Of a stretch of 64,000 nt of DNA, positions 42,239 to 54,016 are shown in pieces. The translations under genes were made by a program, and so were the position numbers. This stretch comes from an uncultured delta proteobacterium (lineage in GTDB: Bacteria; Desulfobacterota; Zymogenia; Zymogenales; Zymogenaceae). Location of the stretch: contig CAWBYW010000007.1 in NCBI GenBank assembly GCA_963792965.1, forward strand, positions 480,001 to 544,000, written 5' to 3'. Each line of letters starts with the position of its first letter. Position 1 is the first letter of the stretch. The notes beneath the pieces are model-generated. The model was not told the DNA's origin and made no database searches. It worked only from the letters and a program-made list of their open reading frames with translations.

Positions 42239-44167
42239 CTACTTCTTCACCTCTTCAAAATCCGCATCCACCACGTCATCTCCGCCGCCTTTCTGTCCCT
42301 TTCCCGCCTCACCCGCACCCGGCTGCGGACCCGCCTCGGGCCCGGAAGGACCTGCCCCTTTAGCCGCCTGCGAGTAAATCATCTCGGCAAGCTTGTGAGA
42401 TGCCTGGGTGAGATCTTTTGTGGCCGCCCTGATGGCGTCGGCATCTGTTCCCTCCATCGCCTTCTTTGTCCTGGAGAGAGCCGCCTCAAGATCGGACTTG
42501 GCGGCCGCGTCGAGCTTGTTCCCGAATTCCGCCATCGATTTTTCGGTGGTATAGACCAGCCCATCGGCTTCGTTGTGCGCCTCGACAAGGTCCTTCTTTT
42601 TCTTATCCTCTTCCACGTGAGACTCGGCATCCTTGACCAGCCGTTGTATCTCTTCCTCGGAAAGGCCGCTTGAAGCGGTTATCCGGATGGACTGCTCCTT
42701 TCCGGTGCCGAGGTCCTTTGCAGAGACGTGCATGATCCCATTAGCGTCGATGTCAAAGGTGACCTCGATCTGGGGGATGCCGCGCGGGGCCGGCGGAATC
42801 CCGACGAGGTCGAACCTCCCGATCGTCTTGTTGTCCGATGCCATTTCCCGCTCCCCCTGCAACACGTGGATAGAGACCGCCGTCTGGCTGTCGGCCGCGG
42901 TAGAGAAGATCTGGCTCTTCTTGGTCGGAATCGTGGTGTTTTTCTCGATTAACCTCGTGGAAACGCCGCCGAGGGTCTCGATCCCGAGTGACAGCGGCGT
43001 GACGTCAAGGAGCAGCACGTCCTTGACCTCTCCTCGAAGGACTCCGCCCTGGATGGCGGCGCCCATCGCCACCACCTCGTCGGGGTTGACCCCCTTATGG
43101 GGCTCCTTGCCGAAGATATCCCTGACCTTTTTCTGTACCTTGGGCATACGGGTCATGCCACCCACGAGGATCACCTCGTCTACGTCGGACGGCGACATTC
43201 CCGCGTCCTTGAGCGCCGTGCGGCACGGCCCTTCCACCTTCTGGATCAGGGCGTCCACCAGGGCCTCAAGTTTTGCCCGCGTCAGCTTGATATTGAGATG
43301 TTTGGGTCCCGAGGCGTCCGCCGTGATGAAAGGAAGGTTAATGTCGGTCTCCATGGAGGTGGACAGCTCCATCTTCGCTTTTTCGCCGGCCTCTTTCAGC
43401 CTCTGGAGAGCCATCTTGTCGCCCCGCAGGTCGATCCCCTGATCTCTCTTGAACTCGTCGGCCAGGTATTTTATGATTTCCTGATCGAAGTCCTCCCCCC
43501 CGAGGTGGGTATCTCCGTTGGTCGACTTTACCTCGAAAACGCCGTCGCCCAGCTCCAGGATGGAGATATCAAACGTCCCGCCGCCGAGATCAAAGACGGC
43601 GATTTTCTCATCCTTTTTTCTCTCCAGCCCGTAGGCCAGGGACGCGGCCGTCGGTTCATTGATAATACGAAGGACGTTCAGGCCCGCGATCCTGCCGGCA
43701 TCCTTGGTCGCCTGCCGCTGGCTGTCGTTGAAGTAGGCCGGGACGGTCACAACCGCGTCGCTGATCGGCTCGCCGAGGTAATCCTCGGCGGTTTGCTTCA
43801 TCTTAGTCAAGATCATCGCGGAGATTTCCGCGGGGCTGTATCCCTTATCGCCGATGGTAACCTGGGCATCGCCGTTATCTGCTTTCGTGATCTTATAGGA
43901 GTAGATCTTGACATCCTTCTGAACCTCGGGATCCTCATATTTCCTGCCGATGAGCCGCTTTACCGCGTAGACGGTCCGCTCGGGATTCGTGATCGCCTGC
44001 CTTTTGGCGACTTGGCCTACGATTCGCTCGTTATTGTCGGTAAAGGCGACCATCGAAGGGGTGGTTCGGCTCCCCTCGGCGTTGGTGATCACCTTGGGCT
44101 CACCGGCCTCCATTACGGCGACGCACGAATTGGTCGTCCCGAGATCTATTCCGATAACCTTTGCCAT
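42239..44167 (-). CDS. dnaK: Chaperone DnaK
   Basis: [34 protein letters not shown]. Confidence 0.98.
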   Translation of the reverse strand: MAKVIGIDLGTTNSCVAVMEAGEPKVITNAEGSRTTPSMVAFTDNNERIVGQVAKRQAITNPERTVYAVKRLIGRKYEDPEVQKDVKIYSYKITKADNGDAQVTIGDKGYSPAEISAMILTKMKQTAEDYLGEPISDAVVTVPAYFNDSQRQATKDAGRIAGLNVLRIINEPTAASLAYGLERKKDEKIAVFDLGGGTFDISILELGDGVFEVKSTNGDTHLGGEDFDQEIIKYLADEFKRDQGIDLRGDKMALQRLKEAGEKAKMELSTSMETDINLPFITADASGPKHLNIKLTRAKLEALVDALIQKVEGPCRTALKDAGMSPSDVDEVILVGGMTRMPKVQKKVRDIFGKEPHKGVNPDEVVAMGAAIQGGVLRGEVKDVLLLDVTPLSLGIETLGGVSTRLIEKNTTIPTKKSQIFSTAADSQTAVSIHVLQGEREMASDNKTIGRFDLVGIPPAPRGIPQIEVTFDIDANGIMHVSAKDLGTGKEQSIRITASSGLSEEEIQRLVKDAESHVEEDKKKKDLVEAHNEADGLVYTTEKSMAEFGNKLDAAAKSDLEAALSRTKKAMEGTDADAIRAATKDLTQASHKLAEMIYSQAAKGAGPSGPEAGPQPGAGEAGKGQKGGGDDVVDADFEEVKK

Positions 44168-44200
44168 GTTACTCCTCCTTCATCATCACGATGTACTATT

Positions 44201-44989
44201 CTATTTATCATCGTCTTTAAGTTTGCGTGTGGATTTATCTTCACCGTTCCCTTCCCCATCGACAACGTATTCCTCATCCCCCCACGGCGACTCCTTCGAA
44301 GCTTCGGGTTCTTTAGACATACCGTCCTCGTCCTTGACCGACACACCGACCATCGACGGTCTGATGAGACGGCCGTTGAGGAGATAACCTTTTGAGATCT
44401 CGGACACGACGGTATTGGGCGGCGCGGCGTTCGTCTTGACCTGCATCAGCGCCTGATGGAAGTTGGGGTCAAACGGCTCTCCGAGCGCGGCGACTTCTTG
44501 GACCCCATATTTGACGAGAGTATCCATAAGCTGTTTCTGGACCATCTTCACTCCCTCTAAGATGGCTCCCGAGTTCTGATCATCCTCACCGTGCGACAGA
44601 GCGCGATCGAGGTTGTCGATCACCGGGATCAACGCCTTGATGAGCTCCTCGTTGGCGAACTTCCGGTTATCCTCGACTTCCTTCATTATCCGTTTCCTGA
44701 AGTTGTCAAGCTCGGCCACGGAGCGGACGTAGAGGTCGTAGTTGTTCTTGGCCTCCTCTCTGGATTTCTTCAGGTCGGCAAGCAACGGGCCGTGGTCCTG
44801 TGCGCGCTCCTCCTTACGCCCCCCGGACGAACCCCCCCGTTCGGGTTCCGATGCTTCCCTGTCGCCGCCGTCCGGGAGCTCTTCCCCTTCGATCTCCGAC
44901 ATCGTCTTGTCGAGCTCCTCCTGCGATACCTCCCCACCATGAGGACCGGCCTTTTTTGGGTGGTGTTCCCTCTTTTCCTTTTCTGCCAT
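44201..44989 (-). CDS. grpE: Nucleotide exchange factor GrpE
   Basis: AELDNFRKR, PVIDNLDRAL, FDPNFHQA, GYLLNGRLIRPSMV. Confidence 0.95.
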   Translation of the reverse strand: MAEKEKREHHPKKAGPHGGEVSQEELDKTMSEIEGEELPDGGDREASEPERGGSSGGRKEERAQDHGPLLADLKKSREEAKNNYDLYVRSVAELDNFRKRIMKEVEDNRKFANEELIKALIPVIDNLDRALSHGEDDQNSGAILEGVKMVQKQLMDTLVKYGVQEVAALGEPFDPNFHQALMQVKTNAAPPNTVVSEISKGYLLNGRLIRPSMVGVSVKDEDGMSKEPEASKESPWGDEEYVVDGEGNGEDKSTRKLKDDDK

Positions 44990-44996
44990 GCTCCCG

Positions 44997-46034
44997 TTAC
45001 TCCTCATCTAATATTCTCGTGATCAAGTTCGCGGTAAAGTCGACGATCGGAATCACTTTCGCATAATCCAATCGAGTCGGACCGATGACGCCGATACTTC
45101 CAAGGATATGCCCCTCCTTGCGGTAGGGCGACGCGACCAGGGTGCAGTCCCTCATGTTCTGGATGTTGCTCTCCGAGCCGATGAAGACCTTGACGCCGCT
45201 GGCCCGTGCCACCTTGTCGAGGAGCTTAATGAGGTGATGCTTATTCTCGAACGCTTTGAAAATCTTCTTCATCGTCACGATTTCGGTAAATTCGGGGTAG
45301 TCGAAGATGTAGGTGCTCCCCTCGATGTGGAGATCGTCTTCGGTGATCTCGGCGTCAAACACGTCCTTCGACATGGTGAGGGCGTTCACGAGGATCTTGT
45401 CGTAGAGGTTCTTCTCGCTCTGCATCTCCTGGAGGATCTTCTTTCTCACGTCTTTGAGTGTCAGCTCGGACAGCGTATCGTTGAGGTACCGGGACATCCA
45501 GTTGAGTTTTTCCTGGCTGAATTCCTCTTCGTTGTGAATCAATTTGTTGTAGATCATCCCGGTTTTCGAGACCAGCACGGCCAGGATCTGGCTGTCGGAG
45601 ATCTTCACAAAATCGATATACTTGAATATTGTCTCCGAAAAACCGAGCGTGCTCACCATCGAGACGCAGCGGGACATCTCAGATAGGACACGCGAGGTCT
45701 CCCTGACGACGTCCTTGATCTCGTGGCTGCTCGGCTTCAGGCTCGTCTCTATCTGGCGTCCTTCTTCTTCGGAGAGGTCCGTCACCTCAACGAGGCTGTC
45801 GACATAAAATCGATAGGCCCTTTCCGTAGGAACCCTCCCCGCGGAAGTATGGGGCTGCGTTAAGAAACCGATCTCCTCCAGATCGGCCATGATGTTCCTG
45901 ATGGTCGCCGGGCTCACGTCAAGGGTGCCGCGCTTGGAGATCGTTCGAGAGCCGACCGGATCGCCGGTTCGGATGAAGTCGGTTATAACGGCAAAGAGGA
46001 CGGCCTTGGCCCGTTCTGTCAATTCGCTGTCCAT
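44997..46034 (-). CDS. hrcA: Heat-inducible repressor HrcA
   Basis: PVGSRT, SPATIRNIMADLE, PHTSAGRVPT, GVIGPTRLDY. Confidence 0.96.
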   Translation of the reverse strand: MDSELTERAKAVLFAVITDFIRTGDPVGSRTISKRGTLDVSPATIRNIMADLEEIGFLTQPHTSAGRVPTERAYRFYVDSLVEVTDLSEEEGRQIETSLKPSSHEIKDVVRETSRVLSEMSRCVSMVSTLGFSETIFKYIDFVKISDSQILAVLVSKTGMIYNKLIHNEEEFSQEKLNWMSRYLNDTLSELTLKDVRKKILQEMQSEKNLYDKILVNALTMSKDVFDAEITEDDLHIEGSTYIFDYPEFTEIVTMKKIFKAFENKHHLIKLLDKVARASGVKVFIGSESNIQNMRDCTLVASPYRKEGHILGSIGVIGPTRLDYAKVIPIVDFTANLITRILDEE

Positions 46035-46056
46035 ACATTCTCCTCTTTCCTTTACG

Positions 46057-46118
46057 TTAGCACTCCAAACACAAGAGTGCTAATAGTTAAAAATAACAAC
46101 GATACCGCCGTTTGTCAA
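46057..46118 (-). promoter_or_regulatory. CIRCE operator and sigma70 promoter of the hrcA-grpE-dnaK-dnaJ operon
   Basis: TTAGCACTC-N9-GAGTGCTAA at 46057-46083; minus-strand TTGACA (46113-46118)-N17-TATTTT with TG extension. Confidence 0.92.
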
Positions 46119-46255
46119 GTCAAAAAACCAATCTTCTTGTCTCACTGCTTGACAACAACAACTCAATCTGATATGTGAAAAAAGCCCGTCCGTCCGACGG
46201 ATGCACGGTTTCTTCCGCTGGCACAGTTCATTTTCCACCGCACTGGAGGATTAGT

Positions 46256-47072
46256 ATGTCCGGTATTCTCTCCGATAAGGATTACGACAAATCGAAGGTA
46301 AAAGTCGAAACAAAGGGACAGAATTTCGTCATTACGCTGTCCCGGCCGGAAAAGCGAAATGCGCTGGACGCCGCCCTCATGTACGGGCTCCGGGATGCCG
46401 TCGATGGCGTCTATACCAACCCCGATATCAGGTCCATCATCATCAGGGGAGAGGGCAAGGGGTTTTCGGCGGGGGTCGATTTCGGGGCTCTGGCGGCCAC
46501 GGGCATCCTGAGCGTTTCCCCACCCGAGGTACGCAGGATCATCCGCGCGATGCAGGACGTGATCAACCTGATTTCCGATATCGAAAAGCCGGTGATCTTC
46601 GCGGTTCACGGTTTCTGCTTCGGCATGGCCACGGAGCTTATCCTTTCCGGAGACTTCCGGATCGCCCAGGTCGGTACGAAGATCGCCATACAGGAGACGG
46701 CCGTCGGATTCATTCCCGACGTCGGGGGCACCTCCCGTCTGACCAAGCTCATCGGGCCCATCAAGGCAAAGGAGCTCATTATGACGGCCAAGACCATCGA
46801 CGCCCAGGAGGCCAAGGCGATCCAGCTCTTTACCGATGTCGTGGACGATGCCTTTTGCCGGCGCGCTGTCGCTTGCCGAGGTGCTCAACAAAAATGCCCC
46901 TCTGGCCGTGGGGCTCGCCAAGCGGGTTATCAATCTGGGTCAGGCGCTCGATGTCAAGGCCTTCATGGACCTGGAGGCGATAGCCCAGACGAGCCTCGTC
47001 GGGACGCAGGATGTCAAAGAGGGTCTGACGGCAAAGATCGAAAAGCGTGACGCGAAATTCACGGGTAAGTAG
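46256..47072 (+). CDS. Enoyl-CoA hydratase/isomerase family (frameshift ~46855)
   Basis: RPEKRNAL, FSAGVD, KPVIFAVHG, IPDVGGT; C-terminal ..EKRDAKFTGK in the next frame. Confidence 0.88.
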
Positions 47073-47163
47073 AGCGCGGCGGGAAAACATCTTTCCGTAA
47101 TCGGCCGCCGTCCGCACTGTCGGAAGGCGTGAGGGACCGCTCCCCATTTCGCCGGGGGCCTCT

Positions 47164-48055
47164 TTACCGTCGGCCCCGGTCCAGGGCTTTATACGCCTTC
47201 ATGAATTCGAAGGCTGTGTCGATATAGAAGTAGTACGTTTCTCCCCCGATGCTCCCGGCGATACGGTCGGCCATATCATTTGACTGATCAAACGGCCCCG
47301 TTATCGCGCCGGAGAGGTACTTCCCGTCGTACCCCTGCATGAAGTACCACTTCCCCCCATCCCGGAAGCACGCCACCGTGTGGGACTGCAGAAGCTTCTT
47401 CTTGTCCCGGTAGATATCCACCGTGAAGAGCCGGGCGAAGTAGCCGTTGAACTCGAGGGCCTCGACGATGAGCGCGGCGAAGTCCTCACAGTCGCCCCCC
47501 TTTAACGAGGATCGTCTCGTAGGGAGCCTGAAGGTAGTTCTTGCCGTCGTTCGGCTCCGGGATATATTTGAGGGCCTTCTGTGTGTAGTAGGCGCAGAGC
47601 TCCGGGGCGGAAAGCCGCGCGCGGATCTGTCCCCAGTCGTCCCAACGGGCCCCGGTACAGTCCCCCCAGGAGGTCTGGAGGAGCCGTGTGAGATCGTACG
47701 AGCCGAGGATGTCCCGGGCCGACTTCGGGTCCTTCGCGTAGAGCCACAACAGCGCCTCAAGCGGCGAGCAGTAGGCCCTCCCCTCGACGATCCCGGTGGC
47801 AAGGATCTTCTCGAAAGCCCCCTTATAGGCCCCTCCCCGATAGTCCGCCCAGAGCTCCGCCAGTCCCGCGGTGTACGGGGAGCCGGACGTGTTGAGCCCG
47901 GGGATCTTGACGAGCTCGGCGGCGAACTCTTCGTTACTATAGTGGATCTCGTTGAGGACTGCGTTATTATAGACGGGTACCTTCGCCTTGAAGGCCGCGC
48001 ACCCGAAGGAGAAGAAGAGAGCGAACAGGCCGGCACACACCATGAGCTTCTTCAT
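47164..48055 (-). CDS. Lipoprotein with transglutaminase-like Cys protease domain (frameshift ~47500)
   Basis: Lipobox SFGC; YLQAPYETI..KGGDCEDFA..SHTVA. Confidence 0.7.
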
Positions 48056-48153
48056 GCCCTCATCCTCTCCCAACACTTTTGTTCTGTCAAGGAAAAACGA
48101 CTTGCTTTTTTTCTCACAAATTACTATCATGTGCGCAAAAGGAGGAGGCACCC

Positions 48154-49285
48154 ATGACACATCCACTCTTCGCTGCATTTCCGAGTCTCGCGGTCGGGCT
48201 TCCCAACGTCTCCCACGACGCCAATCTCTCTCCCGTCATGCTCGGGACATATCCCACCCCCGTCGAGCGGCTGGCCGGCCTCGGAAAGGAGCTCGGGATA
48301 AAGAACCTCTTCATCAAGCGGGACGATAAGAGCTCGGACCTCTACGGCGGTAATAAGGTCAGGAAGCTCGAATTCATCCTCGGCGATGCCCTGAAGAAAA
48401 AGGCGACGCATACCATCGCCTTCGGCTTTTCCGGCTCCAACTTCACGCTGGCGACCGCGGTGTTCGCCCATAAGCTCGGCTTGAAACCGATATCGATTCA
48501 CCTGCCGCAGCCCAACGCGAAATACGTGAGAAAGAACCTCCTCTACCAGAAACTGGTCGGGGCGGAGCTCCACGAGTTTGAGAACATGCCCCTCACGATC
48601 GCGGGCACGCTGGCGATCACGGCCCGCTGCCTGCTACTGCAGCGGAAAGCTCCCCTATATCATCGCCGCCGGCGGATCGAGCCCGCTGGGCGTGATTGGC
48701 GGGATGAGCGGCGTCTGCGAGCTGAAAAAACAGATCGAGGCGGGGCACATACCCACGCCCGACATCATCTACGTCACGATCGGCTCCTCGGGCACCGCGG
48801 CAAGCCTCGCGCTCGGGGTCAAGGCCCTGGGCATCCCCGCACACGTGAGGGCGGTGCGGGTCTCCGACCTCCAGTACGCCTCCTTCGAGAAGGCCCGCGA
48901 GCTGGCCCACAAGGCCGCCCGAATCCTGGCGCCCTTCGAAGTCACGTTCGCCGGCCTCGAGCTCGATTCCAATGACCTTGAGGTGGTCCACAACTACATC
49001 GGGCCGGGCTACGCGCACTTCACCGAGAAGGGAATGGCGGCGGCCCGACTCTTCAAGAAGACCGATGGGATAGAGCTGGAGGGAACCTACACCGGCAAGA
49101 CCGCGGCGGCCCTCATCGACGACGCCCGAAAGGGCCTTCTCAAGGACAAGACCGTCCTCTTTTGGAATACCTACAATTCCGTGAAGTTCGAAGGAAAGAC
49201 CAAGGGGGTCGACTACCGGACGCTGCCGAAACCTTACCACCGCTACTTCGAACAGGAATACCAGCCGCTCGAGATAAAGGACTGA
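48154..49285 (+). CDS. D-cysteine desulfhydrase / ACC deaminase family PLP enzyme (frameshift ~48640)
   Basis: PTPVE, IKRDD, YGGNKVRKLEF, GSSGT, LEGTYTGK. Confidence 0.85.
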
Positions 49286-49333
49286 GTGTCGATACCGGTA
49301 GGGGGCGGTGGCGGCGTGCGTGACACCGCCCCT

Positions 49334-50536
49334 TTATTGTCTTTGTTTAGCGTCCTTAGTTCCGAGCCTTTCTCCCTCATCCGCATCCTTGGTGCGGCTT
49401 GTCCCCTTCTCCCTCAACGTGCTCTTACCTACGTCGCTCATGAGGCGGGCGATGTTTCTTGTGCCGGGGATGTTTTCCATGACGATCTTGATCGTTGCCG
49501 TGATCGGCACGGCCAAAAAGACCCCCACCACCCCCCAGAGCCACCCCCAGAAGGCCAGGGCAAACAGGATGACGAGAGGAGAGAGTTTCAGCTCCCTGCC
49601 CATAATGCGGGGCTCGACGTAATTGCCGAGAATCAACTGGATCGTGCCGAGGATGCCGAGCATTAAAAGCGCGGCGCTCGGAGAGAACTGGACCCCCACC
49701 ATCAACACCGGCAACACCACCGCCCCGTACGATCCGATATAGGGGATAAAGTGCAGCACGAATGCCGATACCCCCCAAAGGATAGAGAACTCCACCCCGC
49801 ACGCACCCAGAAGCCCCGCGAAGATGGCGCCGGAGACCGCGGCCATCGTCGTCTTGACCATGAGGTATTTCAGGACGTCCCGGTTGATGGTGGCCGCAAC
49901 CTCGAGGATTTTTTTTGATCGCGCCTCACCGTAGGCGTAGGCGACCCGGGCCGGAAAGCGCTCGACCTCAAGGAGGATGAAGATCATCAACAGAATCACC
50001 ACGAGTGCGTTTCCCACCACCCCAAACAGCGACCCGATGCTCCGTGTGACCAGCCCTTTGATCCGGTCGGAGCTGACATAGTCCGAGAGATCCAATCCCG
50101 ACGTCGTGATCTCATCCGTGCCGACGAGCTCATTGACGATCTTCATCCGGCCGAGGTAGTCCCCGAGCTGGACGATCTGCTGCTTGACCGTCTCTTCATA
50201 GACCGGGAGCTTCGTCATGAACACCTTGACGTTGAGCGAGATAAGCTTTCCCAGGAAAAAGCCGACGGCCGCGATCGCCACGAATATAATAAGATAGGCG
50301 ACGGGCCGCGGGAGGCGGAGCCTCACGAGGAAGCGCTCGATGGGGGAAAGAAGGATGCACAAGAAGACCGCTATCAACAGCGGCTTGAGTATCGGGCCCA
50401 GGCTCTTCAAAACGATCACGAGCAAGACCGCGAGGATCACGCCGATGCCGATCGCGATGAAGTTGAGGTTTCCCGTAAGATAGGTAAGCCACGGGACCCC
50501 AGCCCGCTTGCTGTGGTCGATTCGTTTTTCCGCCAT
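49334..50536 (-). CDS. AI-2E (PerM-like) family transporter
   Basis: LHFIPYIG..GNYVEPRIMG..LSPLV..FWGWLWGVVGVFLAVP. Confidence 0.9.
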   Translation of the reverse strand: MAEKRIDHSKRAGVPWLTYLTGNLNFIAIGIGVILAVLLVIVLKSLGPILKPLLIAVFLCILLSPIERFLVRLRLPRPVAYLIIFVAIAAVGFFLGKLISLNVKVFMTKLPVYEETVKQQIVQLGDYLGRMKIVNELVGTDEITTSGLDLSDYVSSDRIKGLVTRSIGSLFGVVGNALVVILLMIFILLEVERFPARVAYAYGEARSKKILEVAATINRDVLKYLMVKTTMAAVSGAIFAGLLGACGVEFSILWGVSAFVLHFIPYIGSYGAVVLPVLMVGVQFSPSAALLMLGILGTIQLILGNYVEPRIMGRELKLSPLVILFALAFWGWLWGVVGVFLAVPITATIKIVMENIPGTRNIARLMSDVGKSTLREKGTSRTKDADEGERLGTKDAKQRQ

Positions 50537-50572
50537 GGGATTTCCATATGCCGGCGATGGGACCTGTCCGAA

Positions 50573-51787
50573 TTACGGACGAGGAGACCGCCGCACGCTA
50601 CCTGCCCGCTTCACCGTCTTCATGATCACGTCGCGGATGGGGATCGCCCTCTTTTCCTGCTCCTCTTCCTCTTTCCCCGCCCCCGCGCTCATGATGCGGG
50701 CGATGTTCCGGGTGCCGGGAAGATGCTCGAGGACAATCTTGATCGTGGATGTGATCGGCACAGCTAAGAACATCCCCGTGATCCCCCAGAGCCACCCCCA
50801 GAAGGCCAGCGAGATCAGCACGACCAGAGGGGAAAGGTTCAGGTGCCTGCCCATGAGGCGGGGCTGGATAATGTTGCCCAGCGCCACTTGGATCACGATG
50901 AGGACGATCAGTAGTATGAGCGCCGTGACGGGCGAAAACTGTACGAGGGCCATCATGACCGGGAGGAACGTGGCGATGTACGAGCCAAGGTAAGGTATGA
51001 AGTTGAGGAGAAAGGCCAGCACCCCCCAGAGGATCGCGAAGTCCTCCCCGATGACCGTCAGGATCACCGTGAACGACACCGCGATAGCAAGGTTGATGAG
51101 GGTCACCACACCGAGGTACTTGATGACACTCGCGTTTATCTTGTCGCCGATCGCCAGGATCTCCTCAGACTGCTCGGGGCCGTAGGCCCAACGGACGCGG
51201 TCCGGAAACTGGCCGACCTCAAGGAGGATAAAGATCATGAAGAAGATGACGACGAGCGTATCGGCGACGATTGAGACGAACGATCCGAGTCCCTGGCTTG
51301 CGGCGCTCGTAATCCTGCCAAGCGACACGTAGTCGGTCAGGGAAACCTTCGAGAGGTCCAGGCTCAGATCGAAGCCGAGCAGCTTGAAGGCCCCGTAGTG
51401 GGAGAAAAACTCGATGACCTGGGTGGTCAGCGCCCTCACCTTTGTCTCGTAGAGGGGGAAGTTGGTGACGAAGTCCGTGACGTTGGCGGAAATCAGGGCC
51501 CCCAGCACGTAGAAGAGCGAAAAGAGGGCGCCGAGCACCACGAGGTACGTGATCCCCCGCGGGATCTTGTACTTTGCCAGGAAGGTCCCCGCCGGATAGA
51601 TGAGGATGGAAAGGAAGATCGCTATGAAAAAGGGCTTGAGGATGGCCGCCAGGTCCCGCATGACGATGGCAAGCAGCACCGTCACCCCAACCGCCGCGGC
51701 GACGTGGATGACGGTGAGGGGGCGAGAGGGAGGAAGGGTTTCCGATGGATTCGGAGAGCCTTTCAGGATCGTCTTTTTTTGCGCCAT
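50573..51787 (-). CDS. AI-2E (PerM-like) family transporter, tandem paralogue
   Basis: LNFIPYLG..GNIIQPRLMG..LSPLV..FWGWLWGITGMFLAVP. Confidence 0.9.
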   Translation of the reverse strand: MAQKKTILKGSPNPSETLPPSRPLTVIHVAAAVGVTVLLAIVMRDLAAILKPFFIAIFLSILIYPAGTFLAKYKIPRGITYLVVLGALFSLFYVLGALISANVTDFVTNFPLYETKVRALTTQVIEFFSHYGAFKLLGFDLSLDLSKVSLTDYVSLGRITSAASQGLGSFVSIVADTLVVIFFMIFILLEVGQFPDRVRWAYGPEQSEEILAIGDKINASVIKYLGVVTLINLAIAVSFTVILTVIGEDFAILWGVLAFLLNFIPYLGSYIATFLPVMMALVQFSPVTALILLIVLIVIQVALGNIIQPRLMGRHLNLSPLVVLISLAFWGWLWGITGMFLAVPITSTIKIVLEHLPGTRNIARIMSAGAGKEEEEQEKRAIPIRDVIMKTVKRAGSVRRSPRP

Positions 51788-51958
51788 TGGTGTACCTTTT
51801 TCACAAGATAAGAATGTGATGATATGAAAGAATGCTCGATTGTGCCCATATATAAAGGACGCTGATAGTCACCCGTTCCTATTCAGCGTCCCCCGTATAT
51901 TTCGGCATTCTTTAACATGGAGCACTCTCAGATGTGATCTGACTTTTGCTTTCGCCCT

Positions 51959-53083
51959 TTACTTCAGCTTATAATCATACACATTATACGTCTTGTAGAT
52001 CTCGGCCCCCATGTTCTCCAGGGCGCGGCGCATCGGGAGGTTATTGTCGAGGATCCAGGACATCTCGCCCCACTCGATCCCCATCTTCCGGGCGGCCTTG
52101 AGCGTCTCGTGATAGAAAACGGCGTCAAGCCCGAGCTTCTGGTATTCCTTGACGACGCCCATGATCGTCACCCTCGCCGTCTTCACCTTCCTGACACCGG
52201 TGAGAATCTTGATGAAGCCGAAGGGGAACAGATGTCCTTTTATGTCCTTGACGATGACGTTGATATCGGGAAGCGTGATGGAGACGCCCACCACCTCGTC
52301 GTTCACGAAGGCAAAGAAGACGAGCTCCTCAACAGCGACCGGTTTGAGGTCTCTGACCAGCTTCTTGAACTCGGCCTCGGTGATCGGGCAAAAGCCCCAG
52401 TTGAGGGTCCACGCGCTGTTGTAGATCTTCTTGATCCGCAATAGCTCGTTGTTCCAATCCTTAAAATTGGCCGGCCGAACGAGTATCCCCTTGCGCTGCC
52501 CGATCTTGTCGGCCACCCGGGCGATCTTCTCGGGCATTTCCTGGTCCGCGAAGAAGCGGTAGGCGTACATCGGCATGACGAGCTCAAAGCCGTAGCTTTC
52601 GACGAGATTTCGGTAGTACGGGGGGTTATACGCCATATCAAACATCGGCGGCATGTCAAAGGCGTCTATCAAGAGCCCCACGATCTCGTTTTGGGAGAAG
52701 CTGTCCGGCCCCCGCATCGTGTCCATCCCCTTGCTCTTGAGCCACTTCCCCCCGGCGTCAAAGAGCGCGTGGGCGCAGTCGCGGTCGTCCTCACACTCGA
52801 AGAAGCCGAAAAAACCCACCTTGTCGCGGTGCACCTGGTTATGTATCGTGTTGGTATGGGCGGTCATCCGGCCGGCCAACTCGCCGTCTCGGTAGACCAT
52901 GAAGAACTCGACCTCCCCGTGCTCGTAGTACGGGTGTTTGCCGGGGGTGAGGAGATTCTTATAATCCATGATGATAGGCGGCACCCAGTTGGGATCGTCC
53001 TTGTAGATCTTCCACGGAAATTTGATGAACGCCCTGCGCTCCTTCTTTGTCTCGACCCTTTTCACTTCAATCTTTTTCGCCAT
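51959..53083 (-). CDS. YghO-like GNAT acyltransferase (candidate bacterial ceramide synthase homologue)
   Basis: FIKFPWKIYKDDPNWVPP, GFFGFFEC, MRGP, YNPPYY, NWGF, EMSWILDNN. Confidence 0.75.
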   Translation of the reverse strand: MAKKIEVKRVETKKERRAFIKFPWKIYKDDPNWVPPIIMDYKNLLTPGKHPYYEHGEVEFFMVYRDGELAGRMTAHTNTIHNQVHRDKVGFFGFFECEDDRDCAHALFDAGGKWLKSKGMDTMRGPDSFSQNEIVGLLIDAFDMPPMFDMAYNPPYYRNLVESYGFELVMPMYAYRFFADQEMPEKIARVADKIGQRKGILVRPANFKDWNNELLRIKKIYNSAWTLNWGFCPITEAEFKKLVRDLKPVAVEELVFFAFVNDEVVGVSITLPDINVIVKDIKGHLFPFGFIKILTGVRKVKTARVTIMGVVKEYQKLGLDAVFYHETLKAARKMGIEWGEMSWILDNNLPMRRALENMGAEIYKTYNVYDYKLK

Positions 53084-53103
53084 GAGTAGTCCTCGTCATA
53101 AAT

Positions 53104-54015
53104 TCAATAATTTGGATAGACCCGATAGATTTTTTGCGTCCGTTCCCACCACTCGATGGCCGTTTCCGCCGCCACGATGGTTGGAATCGTAAGGATTATG
53201 CCGGCCATGACGTCCACCGCGTAATGGTACCTCAGGTAGATCGTCGAGAAGATGATTAAGATCGAAATCGGCGTAAATAGGAGCAACAGCTTCTTCTCGT
53301 ATCGCCACGTGTAGAACAACACGACGAGCGTGAGCATCGTGTGCCCGCTCGGAAAAGCGTCCCGCATGACATGCTCGAGCCAGTTAAGGGATTCCCTGAT
53401 CGGGATCGTTACGAAGAAACCGACCAGCGCCGTCGTCTGCAGATGATAGAGACTGAACCTCGGGCCCACCGCGGGAAAGAGCATGTAACCGACATAGGTA
53501 ACATAAAAAGTGAAGATGACGCCGAAGAAGACGTGAGTGAAGTCCCTCATGTCCTTCCGCGTATAGACGACGATCCCGAGGATTATCGGCAGGAAATAGT
53601 ACGAGCAGTAGACGACCTGGAAGATATCCGTGAGGGCCGGCACCTCGAAACGCTCTATATAGACCGTCGGATGGACGCTGAAGATGAAGTAGTCCAGCTT
53701 GATCAAGACGTTATCGATATCCTGAGGGCTTATCTGCGGGATGAGTATGGAGAGCTCCCGGTAGGCCACCGTGATAAAAAAGGCGATATACCAGTTGCGG
53801 AAATGAAAGAGCGGACGGAACCCCGGGACTCTCTTGGCGATCAGGGCGATCGCGACGATGCCCACGAGGATGGCGAAGTTGGCCACAAAGAACGGCCGGA
53901 TTGCCGCGTCGCCGTCAAAGACGGGGATGATGAGCGTCAGAAAGATGAAGAACGCGCCCGTACACAGCTCGGTTGGGTTGAAGAGCATCAGGAATCTTGA
54001 CAGGCTTTGCTTCAT
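53104..54015 (-). CDS. PAP2 / Aur1 (inositol-phosphorylceramide synthase)-like membrane phosphotransferase
   Basis: YMLFPAVGPR, DAFPSGHT, STIYLRYHYAVD; multi-TM. Confidence 0.8.
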   Translation of the reverse strand: MKQSLSRFLMLFNPTELCTGAFFIFLTLIIPVFDGDAAIRPFFVANFAILVGIVAIALIAKRVPGFRPLFHFRNWYIAFFITVAYRELSILIPQISPQDIDNVLIKLDYFIFSVHPTVYIERFEVPALTDIFQVVYCSYYFLPIILGIVVYTRKDMRDFTHVFFGVIFTFYVTYVGYMLFPAVGPRFSLYHLQTTALVGFFVTIPIRESLNWLEHVMRDAFPSGHTMLTLVVLFYTWRYEKKLLLLFTPISILIIFSTIYLRYHYAVDVMAGIILTIPTIVAAETAIEWWERTQKIYRVYPNY

Positions 54016-54016
54016 C